Below are positions 9,404-20,440 of a DNA stretch of 53,201 nucleotides, in pieces. Numbering within the stretch: position 1 is the first letter of the stretch; each line of letters begins with the position of its first letter. The stretch is taken from the NCBI GenBank assembly GCA_958402495.1, contig CATXTS010000001.1, positions 1 to 53,201 on the forward strand, written 5' to 3'. The notes under the pieces were generated by a model. That model made no database searches. It was not told where the DNA came from and was given only the letters and a program-made list of their open reading frames with translations. The position numbers and the translations under genes are program-made. This stretch comes from an uncultured Clostridiaceae bacterium. Lineage in GTDB: Bacteria; Bacillota; Clostridia; TANB77; CAG-508.

Positions 9404-9651
9404 TGAGGAAAAGAAGAAATCTATAAAAAGAAAAGTAGAAATATAGAAGGTAGTAGAATCTATAAAAGATATAGAGAAAAAAATTGGTATAGTAAGTATT
9501 TACATGCCCATACTTTACAAGAAGCAATACTGGAATTCCAATAAAAATACTATGCTTTATAAAAATATATAATAAAAATAGTAAGCTAAGGGAGTAAAGT
9601 TCACTTTTATTCTATAGAAACCTAATAAACCTAGGAATTCTTCTTAGATAC

Positions 9652-9680
9652 TTGTAAAAATGGCAAAAATTAGATATAAT
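9652..9680 (+). promoter_or_regulatory. sigmaA-type promoter proximal to trpS
   Basis: TTGTAA (9652-9657), 17-nt spacer, TATAAT (9675-9680). Confidence 0.5.
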
Positions 9681-9726
9681 AAGACTATGTTGAAAATTAG
9701 AAAAAGAAAAATGGAGGAATATATAA

Positions 9727-10740
9727 ATGACAGATAAAAAGCGTATTTTAACAGGAGATAGACCAACAGGAAGATTACATATTGGTCATTATTTTGGTTC
9801 CTTAAAAACAAGAGTAGAGATGCAAAATTCAGGATTGTATGACCCTTATATTTTAATTGCAGATGTGCAAGCATTAACCGATAATTTTAACAATCCAGAA
9901 AAAGTAAGAAATAATGTAAGACAAGTAGCTATGGACTACTTAGCTTGTGGGATAGACCCACAAAAGAGTACCATTTATATACAATCGATGATACCAGAAG
10001 TAGCAGAACTAACGGTATTTTATTCTAACTTAGTAACGATTGCTAGATTACAAAGAAATCCAACGGTAAAGACGGAAATTGCCCAAAAAAAGGATTTATT
10101 TGGTGAAAGTGTAACTTATGGATTTTTAGGATATCCAGTTAGCCAAGCGGCAGATATTACAGCATTTGAAGGTGCTCTAGTTCCAGTAGGAGAAGACCAA
10201 TTACCATTAATAGAACAATGTAGGGAAATTGTTCGTAAATTTAATAGTATTTATGGAGAAGTCTTAGTAGAACCAGAAGCGGTTCTATCTAGTGGAAAAA
10301 GAATTAAAGGATTAGATGGAAATGATAAAATGGGAAAATCTCTAGGAAATGCCATTTATTTGTCTGATACAGAAGAAGAAATTACCAAAAAAGTAATGAG
10401 CGCAGTTACAGACCCTAGTAGAATAAAAAAAGATGATTTGGGAAATCCTGATATTTGTATGGTATCGTATTACCATCAATTATTTAGTTCCAAAGAAGAA
10501 ATTGAAACAGTATGTGCAGAATGTCGTGCCGGAAAAAGAGGATGTGTGGCTTGTAAGAAACAATTAGCACATAATATTATAGAAACTTTAAGGCCAATTA
10601 GAGAAAAAAGAAGATATTATGAAGAACACCCAGAAATTGTGGATAAAATTTTATTAGAAGGTACAACAAAAGCACAAGCTGTGGCTAAAGAAACCATGAG
10701 AAAAGTAAAAAAAGCTATGCAGTTAGATTACTTTGTATAG
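9727..10740 (+). CDS. trpS: tryptophan--tRNA ligase
   Basis: 337 aa. HIGH motif is GRLHIGHY and KMSKS motif is KMGKS. The class Ic TrpRS layout is present. Confidence 0.88.
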   Translation: MTDKKRILTGDRPTGRLHIGHYFGSLKTRVEMQNSGLYDPYILIADVQALTDNFNNPEKVRNNVRQVAMDYLACGIDPQKSTIYIQSMIPEVAELTVFYSNLVTIARLQRNPTVKTEIAQKKDLFGESVTYGFLGYPVSQAADITAFEGALVPVGEDQLPLIEQCREIVRKFNSIYGEVLVEPEAVLSSGKRIKGLDGNDKMGKSLGNAIYLSDTEEEITKKVMSAVTDPSRIKKDDLGNPDICMVSYYHQLFSSKEEIETVCAECRAGKRGCVACKKQLAHNIIETLRPIREKRRYYEEHPEIVDKILLEGTTKAQAVAKETMRKVKKAMQLDYFV

Positions 10741-10777
10741 AAAGAATAGAGAATCAAATATAGATAATAAAATCTAA

Positions 10778-12061
<1,284 letters not shown>

Positions 12062-12097
12062 TATAAAAGAAAAATAAAATAGAAATAGAATAGAAAA

Positions 12098-12130
12098 TGT
12101 CAAACAAAAAATTGAAACTTTTGTTTGACA
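12098..12130. terminator. 12-bp perfect inverted repeat after obg; its right arm doubles as the lexA -35
   Basis: tgtcaaacaaaa-aattgaaac-ttttgtttgaca followed by tttatttg. The right arm contains TTGACA (12125-12130). Confidence 0.6.
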
Positions 12131-12153
12131 TTTATTTGTTTGTATGATAAGAT
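12125..12153 (+). promoter_or_regulatory. lexA promoter
   Basis: TTGACA (12125-12130), 17 nt, TAAGAT (12148-12153) with a TG extended -10. The palindrome AAAC-TTTT-GTTT (12115-12126) immediately upstream is a weak match to the Gram-positive LexA box GAAC-N4-GTTC. Confidence 0.45.
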
Positions 12154-12182
12154 AGTATAAAATAAAATTAGGAGTGATGTAA

Positions 12183-12839
12183 ATGAGAACAAAGAAAGAT
12201 CCAATGGAAATTAATAGAAGAGAAAAAGCTATTTTAAGATTTATTGAAAAGCAAGTAGATGAAAATGGATATGCACCTTCTGTAAGAGAGATTGGAAAAG
12301 CCGTAGGATTAAATTCTACAGCAACTGTACATGGTTATTTAGGAAAATTAGCAGAAAAAGGTTATATTAAGAAAGAAGACCAAAAAGGAAGAACTTTAAG
12401 ATTAATCAAAAATGCTTCAGGAGAAAAGAAACAAGAAATGAAAAACTTGTATACTGGAAGAGAAATGGTAGAAGTGCCAGTTATAGGTAAGATTACAGCA
12501 GGAGAACCAATTTTAGCAGTAGAAAATGTAACCGATACCTTTCCAATTCCATTGGATTTTGTAGGAAATAGCGAGAGCTTCATGTTAACCGTTAGAGGTG
12601 AAAGTATGATAGAAGCGGGTATTTTAAATGGAGATTATATATTAGTAAAAAAACAAAATACAGCAAACAATGGAGAAATTGTGGTAGCTTTAATTGGAGA
12701 AGAAGCAACTGTAAAAACATTTTATAAAGAAAAAGACCATATTCGTTTACAACCAGAAAATAGTACAATGGACCCAATTATTGTTCCTAATTGTGAAATT
12801 CTAGGAAAAGTATCTGGTGTATTTAGAAAAATAAAATAA
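12183..12839 (+). CDS. lexA: LexA repressor
   Basis: N-terminal winged HTH (YAPSVREIGKAVGL), Ala-Gly cleavage site in ITAGEP, catalytic Ser in VRGESM, and Lys in ATVKTF. Confidence 0.9.
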   Translation: MRTKKDPMEINRREKAILRFIEKQVDENGYAPSVREIGKAVGLNSTATVHGYLGKLAEKGYIKKEDQKGRTLRLIKNASGEKKQEMKNLYTGREMVEVPVIGKITAGEPILAVENVTDTFPIPLDFVGNSESFMLTVRGESMIEAGILNGDYILVKKQNTANNGEIVVALIGEEATVKTFYKEKDHIRLQPENSTMDPIIVPNCEILGKVSGVFRKIK

Positions 12840-12900
12840 GAAATTATAAGAAGAATCCAAAGAAGAAAAATAGAAAAAAATGTAGAATGGAGAAAAAAAT

Positions 12901-13374
12901 ATGAAGAGAATGAAAACATTTTTTATTTATGCAATACTAGTAGTTGCCTTTTTTCTATTTTCTCAAATAATGATTAATTTTGCTATTCATACCACCTATC
13001 ATGAAAAAAATTATAAAATTTTAACGCATGTGTGTATGGATGTACAAGTAAAAGCAACTTCTGTTAATGGTGTAGTGACCGGAAGCTTATTAAATGACAC
13101 ACCAGAGACAATAGAAAACCAATATATTAAAATGGATTTTTATTCAAAACATGATGTTCTCATGGGAACAAAATATGTAGAAGTAAAAGACTTAGCTTCT
13201 AAAGAAAAACAAGATTTTGAAATGAAATTTAATTATAGTAAAGTAGATAGAGTAGAAATAGATTTAGTAGATACCATTTCGAATGATGTTACACAAGAAC
13301 AAAAAGAATCAGACCCAACTATGAACTTTGCTGTGTTAATGACTAGTATTATATTGTTATGTTATTTTGGATAA
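12901..13374 (+). CDS. hypothetical membrane protein (N- and C-terminal TM segments, beta-sandwich-like middle)
   Basis: 157-aa ORF with an RBS. Hydrophobic segments are FFIYAILVVAFFLFSQIMINF and FAVLMTSIILLCYF. Confidence 0.5.
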   Translation: MKRMKTFFIYAILVVAFFLFSQIMINFAIHTTYHEKNYKILTHVCMDVQVKATSVNGVVTGSLLNDTPETIENQYIKMDFYSKHDVLMGTKYVEVKDLASKEKQDFEMKFNYSKVDRVEIDLVDTISNDVTQEQKESDPTMNFAVLMTSIILLCYFG

Positions 13375-13395
13375 AATGGAATAAAATAGTTAAAA

Positions 13396-13421
13396 AGAAA
13401 ACCGTTTAGGTTTTCTTTTTT
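13396..13421 (+). terminator. rho-independent terminator
   Basis: Stem agaaaacc / ggttttct, gttta loop, then a T5 run. Confidence 0.65.
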
Positions 13422-13471
13422 GCTATTTGGGTATACTCTTTGTAGAAACATGAAAAAATTTTATAAAAAGA

Positions 13472-13500
13472 TTGATATTTTTATAAAAACGTAATATAAT
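13472..13500 (+). promoter_or_regulatory. sigmaA-type promoter of mreB
   Basis: TTGATA (13472-13477), 17 nt, TATAAT (13495-13500). Confidence 0.55.
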
Positions 13501-13566
13501 TGTAACAGATTTGTAACAAAACGGAAATAATGAAATGAAATCAAGAATCTTGAAAGGAAGATGGAA

Positions 13567-14571
13567 ATGTTCGGCTTTGGACAAGATATAGGAATAGATT
13601 TAGGAACAGCTAGTGTGATTGCTTATGCAAAAGGAAAAGGAATTGTACTTCGTGAGCCATCTGTAGTAGCAGTGGATAATAATACAGGAAATGTACTAGC
13701 TGTAGGAAAAGAAGCAAGAAGAATGCTAGGGAGAACACCGGGCAACATAGTAGCCACTAGACCATTAAGAGATGGTGTTATCTCTAATTATACGGTAACG
13801 GAAAAAATGTTAAAATATTTTATAGGAAAAGTATGTGGTAAGTTTGTATTTTCACCCAGAATTATGATATGCATACCTTCACAAGTAACCGAAGTAGAAA
13901 AGAAAGCCGTTATTGATGCAGCTTCACAAGCTGGTGCTAGAAAAGTGTATTTAATAGAAGAGCCAATTGCAGCAGCTATTGGCGCAGGTATTGATATATC
14001 TAAGCCATGTGGAAATATGGTAGTGGATATTGGCGGTGGGACAACCGACATTGCAGTTATATCTCTAGGTGGTTCTGTAGTGAGTACTTCTTTAAAAATA
14101 GCAGGAGATAAATTTGATGAAGCGATTGTTAAATATATTAAGAAAAAACACAATGTCATGATTGGTGAAAGAACCGCAGAAGATTTAAAAATAAATATTG
14201 GCTGTGTATATCCTAAAATACAGGATGCACAGATGGATATTAGAGGAAGGGACCTATTAACAGGTCTTCCAAAAACAGTTACTATTCGTTCTAGTGAAAT
14301 GCTAGAAGCACTAATGGAGCCAGCGCTTATGATTGTAGATGCCGTACATTCTGTTTTAGAAAAAACGCCACCAGAGTTAGCAGCAGATATTAGTGATAAA
14401 GGAATCTATATGACAGGAGGAGGTTGCTTGGTAGATGGTTTAGATAAACTTTTGCAAGAGAAAACCGGAATCAATGTGATGATAGCCCAAGATGCCGTTT
14501 CCTGTGTAGCATTAGGAACTGGAAAGGCATTAGATAATTTAGATACTTTAGATGGTAAAAGTAGAAAATAA
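13567..14571 (+). CDS. mreB: rod shape-determining protein MreB/Mbl family
   Basis: MFGFGQDIGIDLGTASV..., DIGGGTTD, and the actin-fold phosphate motifs. ATG 13567 is preferred over 13561 on RBS spacing. Confidence 0.9.
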   Translation: MFGFGQDIGIDLGTASVIAYAKGKGIVLREPSVVAVDNNTGNVLAVGKEARRMLGRTPGNIVATRPLRDGVISNYTVTEKMLKYFIGKVCGKFVFSPRIMICIPSQVTEVEKKAVIDAASQAGARKVYLIEEPIAAAIGAGIDISKPCGNMVVDIGGGTTDIAVISLGGSVVSTSLKIAGDKFDEAIVKYIKKKHNVMIGERTAEDLKINIGCVYPKIQDAQMDIRGRDLLTGLPKTVTIRSSEMLEALMEPALMIVDAVHSVLEKTPPELAADISDKGIYMTGGGCLVDGLDKLLQEKTGINVMIAQDAVSCVALGTGKALDNLDTLDGKSRK

Positions 14572-14576
14572 GAAAC

Positions 14577-14610
14577 AAAGGAAAGAAGCTCAGGTTTCTT
14601 TCCTTTTTAT
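14577..14610 (+). terminator. rho-independent terminator after mreB
   Basis: Stem aaaggaaagaa / ttctttccttt, followed by T-rich sequence. Confidence 0.7.
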
Positions 14611-14620
14611 TGGAATTTGC

Positions 14621-14649
14621 TTGCAAAAATACCAATAAAATTATATAAT
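14621..14649 (+). promoter_or_regulatory. sigmaA-type promoter of the TetR / acyl-CoA synthetase pair
   Basis: TTGCAA (14621-14626), 17 nt, TATAAT (14644-14649). Confidence 0.55.
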
Positions 14650-14685
14650 TGTTTAAGATTTTATTAAAAAAAGGTGAAGAAAAGC

Positions 14686-15255
14686 ATGAATAAAACAAAA
14701 AGAAAAATATTTGAAACTTCTATGAAATTATTTGCAGAAAAAGGATATGATGCAACGAGTATAGAGGAAATAACCGCAACAGTAGGCGTTGCAAAAGGAA
14801 CTTTATATTACCACTTTTCAAGCAAAGAGGAAATTTTTAAATTTCTAGTAGAAGAGGGAGTAAAGCTATTAAAAAATAGTATCGCTATTAAAACAGATAA
14901 ATTAACGAATTCTATTGATAAACTAAGAGCCATTGTATTAATTGAACTTAAAGTATTGGTTAAATATGAAAGCTTTATGACGATTATTTTAAGCCAGATA
15001 TGGGGAACTGGTCCTAGAAGTAAGATGTGTAGAGACTATGTATTTGAGTACATTCAGATGATACAAGAGATTGTAGAAGAAGGAATGAAAAAACAAGAAA
15101 TAATAGCAGCTGACCCAAATGTGATTGCATCAGGGGTCTTTGGTTTTGTATGTTCTAGTTTAATTTACAAATTAAGAAGAGAAAAAAATATAGAAGTTCC
15201 AGAATTATATGCAGAAATAGATAATGCTTTTATCAGAAAATTAAGAAAAGTATAA
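14686..15255 (+). CDS. TetR/AcrR family transcriptional regulator (FadR/YsiA-like by context)
   Basis: N-terminal HTH is FAEKGYDATSIEEITATVGVAKGTLYYHF. ATG 14686 follows aaaggtgaag. It sits next to a long-chain acyl-CoA synthetase, as in B. subtilis lcfA-fadR. Confidence 0.75.
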   Translation: MNKTKRKIFETSMKLFAEKGYDATSIEEITATVGVAKGTLYYHFSSKEEIFKFLVEEGVKLLKNSIAIKTDKLTNSIDKLRAIVLIELKVLVKYESFMTIILSQIWGTGPRSKMCRDYVFEYIQMIQEIVEEGMKKQEIIAADPNVIASGVFGFVCSSLIYKLRREKNIEVPELYAEIDNAFIRKLRKV

Positions 15256-15295
15256 GATGTATTAAAAAATCGAAAAATAAAAGGAGAAGAAGAAA

Positions 15296-17185
15296 ATGAG
15301 AATCTTAAAAGACTTTAAAATGCCTAATTTTAAATTTCCAAAGATAAAGATGAAAGAAATAGAAAATATAGAAGAAGTAAAAGTAGATTATGAAGCATTA
15401 AAGAAAAAAACAGAAGTGGCACCAAAAGAAAAGCAAAAGCAGTATGAACCAACCAATTATCAAACTATCAAAGAAATTTTTACAAGATCAAAAGAAGTAT
15501 ATGCCAATAATGTATTTATGTTAGAAAAGTTTAATCCTAAAGAAGAGTTTAAACAAATTACTTATACAGAATTTGCAGATGATGTTATTGCCTTAGGAAC
15601 AGCGCTTACACAAAAATATCATTTAAAAGAGGAAAGGGTTGTCATTATTGGAGAAAATACCTATAACTGGTATGTATCCTATATGGCTATGCTTTGTGGT
15701 GTAGGAATTGCTGTACCAGTTGATAAGGAATTGCCAGCTAATGAAATTGAAAATGTAATCCGTAGGTCAAGAGCATCTGCTGTTATTTATTCTACGAAGA
15801 AAAAGGAAGTTATTAAAAAAGTAGAAGATAAATTACCAGAAGTAAAATACTTTATCCAAATGAATAATGAAGATACTTTAGATGGAAGAGATATAGGATT
15901 TGATACTATAGTAAAAGAGGGAAAAGATTTAGTAAAAGCTGGGGATAACTCTTTTATGGAAATAGTCATTGACCCAGATGCTTTTAAAGTTTTAATTTTT
16001 ACATCAGGGACTACCTCTAATTCTAAAGGTGTTATGATTTCTAACAAAAATTTAGCACAAAATGTTAATGCGGTAAGTGCCTATGTGAAATTATATGAAC
16101 ACGATAGATTATTTTCAGTATTACCACTACATCATACGTATGAATCTAGTATTGGTTTTTTATTACCAATGGCCAATGGATGTTCAGTAGCTATATGCCA
16201 AGGTTTAAAACATATAGTACCAGATTTAAAAGAAACAAAACCAACAGCATTGCTAGCAGTACCATTATTAATTGAAAACTTATACAAAAAAATTAATGCA
16301 ACTATTCAGAAAAGTGGAAAAGCTGGACTAGTTAATTCTATGATTCACATCACCAATGCTTTAAAAGGTGTAGGTGTAGATATTAAGAAAAAGGTATTTA
16401 ATGAAATTTATGAGAATTTAGGTGGCAAGTTAAGAATTATTGTATCAGCAGCAGCACCAATTGACCCAAAAGTAGGAAAATGGGTACAAGATATTGGGAT
16501 TTCTTTCTTACAAGGATATGGTTTAACAGAGACTGCACCAATTGCAGCGTTAACACCGGAATTTAATCCAAAAGTAGGTTCAGCTGGAAAAGCGGTTATT
16601 TGTGCAGAAATAAAAATAGACCATCCAAATGAGAAAAAAGAAGGAGAAGTATTAATAAAGAGTGATACGTTAATGCTTGGATATTATGAAGACGAAGAAG
16701 CTACTAATGAAGTGATTGAAGTAGATGAAAATGGCAATAGATGGTTCCATTCTGGTGATGTGGGATATTTAGATGAGGAAGGTTTCTTATACATTACAGG
16801 AAGAACTAAAAATGTAATTGTTACACAAAATGGAAAGAATATTTATCCAGAAGAAATTGAATTATTATTAGGAGATATACCAGAAATTGCAGAATGTATG
16901 GTGTATGGAAAAGAACAAAAAGGTGAAAAAGAATTATTAATTTCTGTAAAAGTTATTCCAAATTATGAAGAGATAGAAGCAAGACATGGAAAAGATTTAA
17001 CAGAGGAACAGATTTATAATATCCTTTGGGAACAAATTAAAATGATTAATAAAAAATCACCATCTTATAAAGCTATTAAAAATTTGGAAATCAAAAAGGA
17101 TGAATTTGTTAAAACAACGACTATGAAAATTAAAAGATATGTAGAGATTAATAAAGATAAAGAAACCCAAGAAGACAAAAAATAA
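15296..17185 (+). CDS. long-chain-fatty-acid--CoA ligase (AMP-binding enzyme)
   Basis: AMP-binding motifs are FTSGTTSNSKGV, GYGLTET and SGDVGYLDEEGFLYITGRTKN. Length 629 aa. Confidence 0.85.
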   Translation: MRILKDFKMPNFKFPKIKMKEIENIEEVKVDYEALKKKTEVAPKEKQKQYEPTNYQTIKEIFTRSKEVYANNVFMLEKFNPKEEFKQITYTEFADDVIALGTALTQKYHLKEERVVIIGENTYNWYVSYMAMLCGVGIAVPVDKELPANEIENVIRRSRASAVIYSTKKKEVIKKVEDKLPEVKYFIQMNNEDTLDGRDIGFDTIVKEGKDLVKAGDNSFMEIVIDPDAFKVLIFTSGTTSNSKGVMISNKNLAQNVNAVSAYVKLYEHDRLFSVLPLHHTYESSIGFLLPMANGCSVAICQGLKHIVPDLKETKPTALLAVPLLIENLYKKINATIQKSGKAGLVNSMIHITNALKGVGVDIKKKVFNEIYENLGGKLRIIVSAAAPIDPKVGKWVQDIGISFLQGYGLTETAPIAALTPEFNPKVGSAGKAVICAEIKIDHPNEKKEGEVLIKSDTLMLGYYEDEEATNEVIEVDENGNRWFHSGDVGYLDEEGFLYITGRTKNVIVTQNGKNIYPEEIELLLGDIPEIAECMVYGKEQKGEKELLISVKVIPNYEEIEARHGKDLTEEQIYNILWEQIKMINKKSPSYKAIKNLEIKKDEFVKTTTMKIKRYVEINKDKETQEDKK

Positions 17186-17366
17186 AAGATTGTTACAGTT
17201 CTGTTACATTTTACGGAAAATGGGATTTTACTATTGACACCTAGGCTAGAAATGTATTAAAATGAGATAGAAGTTGAAATATAATAGATTAAGAATCCTA
17301 TTGTAGTTTTTTGTAAAATGAAGTAGATAAATGACAAATACATAGGACAAAGGAGGAGAGTTTACA

Positions 17367-18200
17367 ATGTCTAGATCCGGCATAGTAAATGTGAGAATGG
17401 TAATCACAGAAGAGAAAATATTATCTAATATAGATAAAGTAGAAAAGCTTATCAACCCTAAGAGTAAGAAACAAATTATTCAGTTAGAGGATGACAGTTA
17501 CTTTAAGGATTTAATAGAGTCTATCAAAACGTATTTAATAGAATATCCAAAAAAGAAGAACTTTCCAGCAAGTGTGTATAAAGCAGCTTACGAATTAGTA
17601 GAATTTGCAACTAACCAATTTGAAGAAAATACAAAACAAATTGAAGAACTAATTCGTCAAAGAGAGGCTAATATTGCAGCTGCCGGTGTATTAAAAGATG
17701 TTCTAGAAAATGTAGAAAATAAAGAAGAGGGATGGAAAAACTCTATTAAAGAAATAGAAGATGACTTCCCAGAAGATATTATAGAGACCTTAGAGATTAT
17801 AGGTAAAGCAAAATCTAAAAAATCACAAAATTATCAAGATGCAGTTAAATTAATTAATGCAAGAATTGTGAATCTAGAATCTAACTTACATATAGAAATT
17901 GATATGGAAAGAATAGAAGATAGGTCAAAAGCATTAAGTTATATTGGAATTGAAGTGGCAGATGCTTTAAAATTGATTCCAACACCAGAAGAAAATGTAA
18001 CCGATATGGTAGAAGAAAAAATAGAAGAAGCACCAGTTACACAAAACACTTATGAGCAGGAGACTACTTTTGAAGTAAAACCTTCTTTATGGCAAAGAAT
18101 TAAAGAAAGTAAATTTGTAAGAGCTGTAAAATATATGTTTAAGGTCAGAGTAGTATTAGATGTACCAGCTTTACCAGAAGGTAGAGATGCTCAAAATTAA
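17367..18200 (+). CDS. hypothetical acidic coiled-coil protein
   Basis: 277-aa ORF with a strong RBS aaaggagg. It is Glu/Lys-rich with no recognisable motif. Confidence 0.5.
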   Translation: MSRSGIVNVRMVITEEKILSNIDKVEKLINPKSKKQIIQLEDDSYFKDLIESIKTYLIEYPKKKNFPASVYKAAYELVEFATNQFEENTKQIEELIRQREANIAAAGVLKDVLENVENKEEGWKNSIKEIEDDFPEDIIETLEIIGKAKSKKSQNYQDAVKLINARIVNLESNLHIEIDMERIEDRSKALSYIGIEVADALKLIPTPEENVTDMVEEKIEEAPVTQNTYEQETTFEVKPSLWQRIKESKFVRAVKYMFKVRVVLDVPALPEGRDAQN

Positions 18201-18348
18201 TTTAAGAAATAAAGTGAAATATTGTAAAAAGAAAAGTTTATCTAAATTACTTAGGTAAACTTTTTGTTATATTAGTATATTTTAAAATTATTAAAAATCA
18301 GAATATATAAGGAAAACCCCTAATGCAATGCATTAAGGGCTCCTTTTT

Positions 18349-18621
18349 TCAGAAAAGTATTTGCCAAATGTACGAATATAAATATTCAGTACAAAACATT
18401 ATTAAGTCAACAAACCGATAAAGAGATGGGACCTGCTGACGCAGTTCAGGGGCAATATGTGCTAAAACCACTAAAACGATTGCACTTGATAAAATTTTTG
18501 CGATAAGATGGATAATAGAAAATAGTATTTTCCAAAACCGCTTTTCCAAATCCTTATAGTTTATTTTCCGTTCCTTTCCTGTAGTAGTAAAAAAAGTTTT
18601 AATTCTGTTAAAAATATCCAT
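18349..18621 (-). CDS. hypothetical small membrane protein
   Basis: 90 aa with RBS aaggag. The central hydrophobic segment is FSIIHLIAKILSSAIVLVVLAHI. It contains three in-frame CGG codons and is locally higher in GC. Confidence 0.45.
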   Translation of the reverse strand: MDIFNRIKTFFTTTGKERKINYKDLEKRFWKILFSIIHLIAKILSSAIVLVVLAHIAPELRQQVPSLYRFVDLIMFCTEYLYSYIWQILF

Positions 18622-18730
18622 AGCTTTCTCCTTTTAATGATATGAGTTATTACTACTCATAGGTATTTAAGAACTTCTGTATTTATTATAACATAATTAA
18701 CATAAAATGTATATACCAAAGATAATTTGT

Positions 18731-20279
18731 CTAGGGTATTTGGATAGATGGTATTTGATTATGAATTTGCATTAGATGACTTTCAATCTTGTTTTTTAAT
18801 GAATTATTATAAAGTGGATTCTTTTCGCAAAGTTGTTTATAAAAGTTTAATTTTTCAAAATAATATGTCTGTTTTTCATCATTCTGTAAATATAATTCAT
18901 AATAAATATATAACAATTCCAAAGAAGCTTCTAGTAATTGACCAGAGACATCTTCTAATAAGGTAATCGCTTTAGAAAGATTCGGCTTCATATTTAATTC
19001 AAGATTTCCATCTTTATAAAAGTATTTTGCTAAATTATATTTTGACCAAGGACATAATGTAAATTTAAAGGATTCGCTAGATGCTGTATAATAATCGAAT
19101 GCCTTTTTTAAGTCTTTGGGTATGGTAATACCAGTTCTATAAAATTCACCAATTTTATTACAAGCCCAACTTTCTCCTAAATTAGCAGAAATTATATAAT
19201 TATCAAATGCCTTCTGATAATTTTTTTCACTTTCATATAGGTTACCTATATTATTATAAGCATAAACATTACCAAGAGAGATAGCTTTAGTAAACATTTT
19301 CATGGCTGTTTCTTTATGGTTTCTAATATGAGGGATTTCTCCATGTAGTATCATAAGTCCAAGACTATTAAAGGCATTAGAACAATGACATTTTCTTGCT
19401 TTATTAAAATATTTAAAAGCTAAATAAGTATTTCTTTTAGATTTGTTTTTTCCGTATATGTCCCTGATAATATAAATAGCCAATAGCCCAATTAGCTACG
19501 GGATGATGATAGTCAGCTGCTATCTTATAATAGTTATAAGCTTCTTCATATCTTGTTCTTCCAGTTATAAAGCCGTAATATTCCATAGAAGCCATTTCAA
19601 AACAAGCAAAAGGATTATTTCTTTTAGCTAATTGTTGGATACCTCTAATTGACCAAATGCCAGAATTCAATTGAATTTTTAAAAAATCTTGAATAGAAAG
19701 AAGTGATATATTGGTTTCATAAATACTCTTCTCTATAACCTCATTCACCTTTTCGTGAAGAAAAATAGGTTGCTTTTTTTCTAGTATAACATAAAATAAT
19801 ACTTGAACAAAAAAATTGTAGAAATTTCCATTTTCTAGATTTTTATAAAGCTCATTAGATAGAAGAATACTTACATCTGAATCATTTTTACTAATAGAAT
19901 ATAGTCTATCGCAGATATGTTTCCATTTTTCATTTTTGTTAATTTTCTCTATAGTCAGTGCTTCTATAGTAACTTCAGGATTTTCTATTAATTGCAATAT
20001 CTTTCCTATAATGGTTATAAAAATCGTTTTATCATTTTTATAATCATTTTTGATTTTCATAAAAGTACTTTTATATTTAGGATGTATGGCTCTAAGACCA
20101 GTACAATAGTTATTAACGGTACTATCTGCAATTTCATCTGTACCAAAAATAACGGCAAATAAAGTTGGTTGCCAAAAAGTATTATGATAATTAGAGAATT
20201 CTTTTATAATTCTAAATACATTACCTAAAGAAAGATAGTTGTCATTTGTATTTAACCTGATAAATGGATTCTTTGCCAT
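18731..20279 (-). pseudogene. Sel1-repeat (SLR/TPR-like) protein gene split by a 1-nt frameshift near 19454
   Basis: The upstream ORF (20279..19437) ends ...ANWAIGYLYYQGHIRKKQI*. The downstream ORF (to 18731) continues GKNKSKRNTYLAFKYFNKA... with several Sel1 repeats. Removing plus-strand G19454 fuses them into a regular repeat. ATG 20279 follows agaggtg. Confidence 0.7.
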
Positions 20280-20440
20280 AGGATTCACCTCTTTGCTATT
20301 ATACTATGCTAATAAAAAATAGTCAAATTATTGTGAATTATAAGTGAAATCTATAAAAATACGTGAATTAATGTGAGTTGAATTGAAAAAGAGAAAAGTA
20401 TAAAATAGCCAAAATAGAAAATAACTAGAGAAATTAGGAG

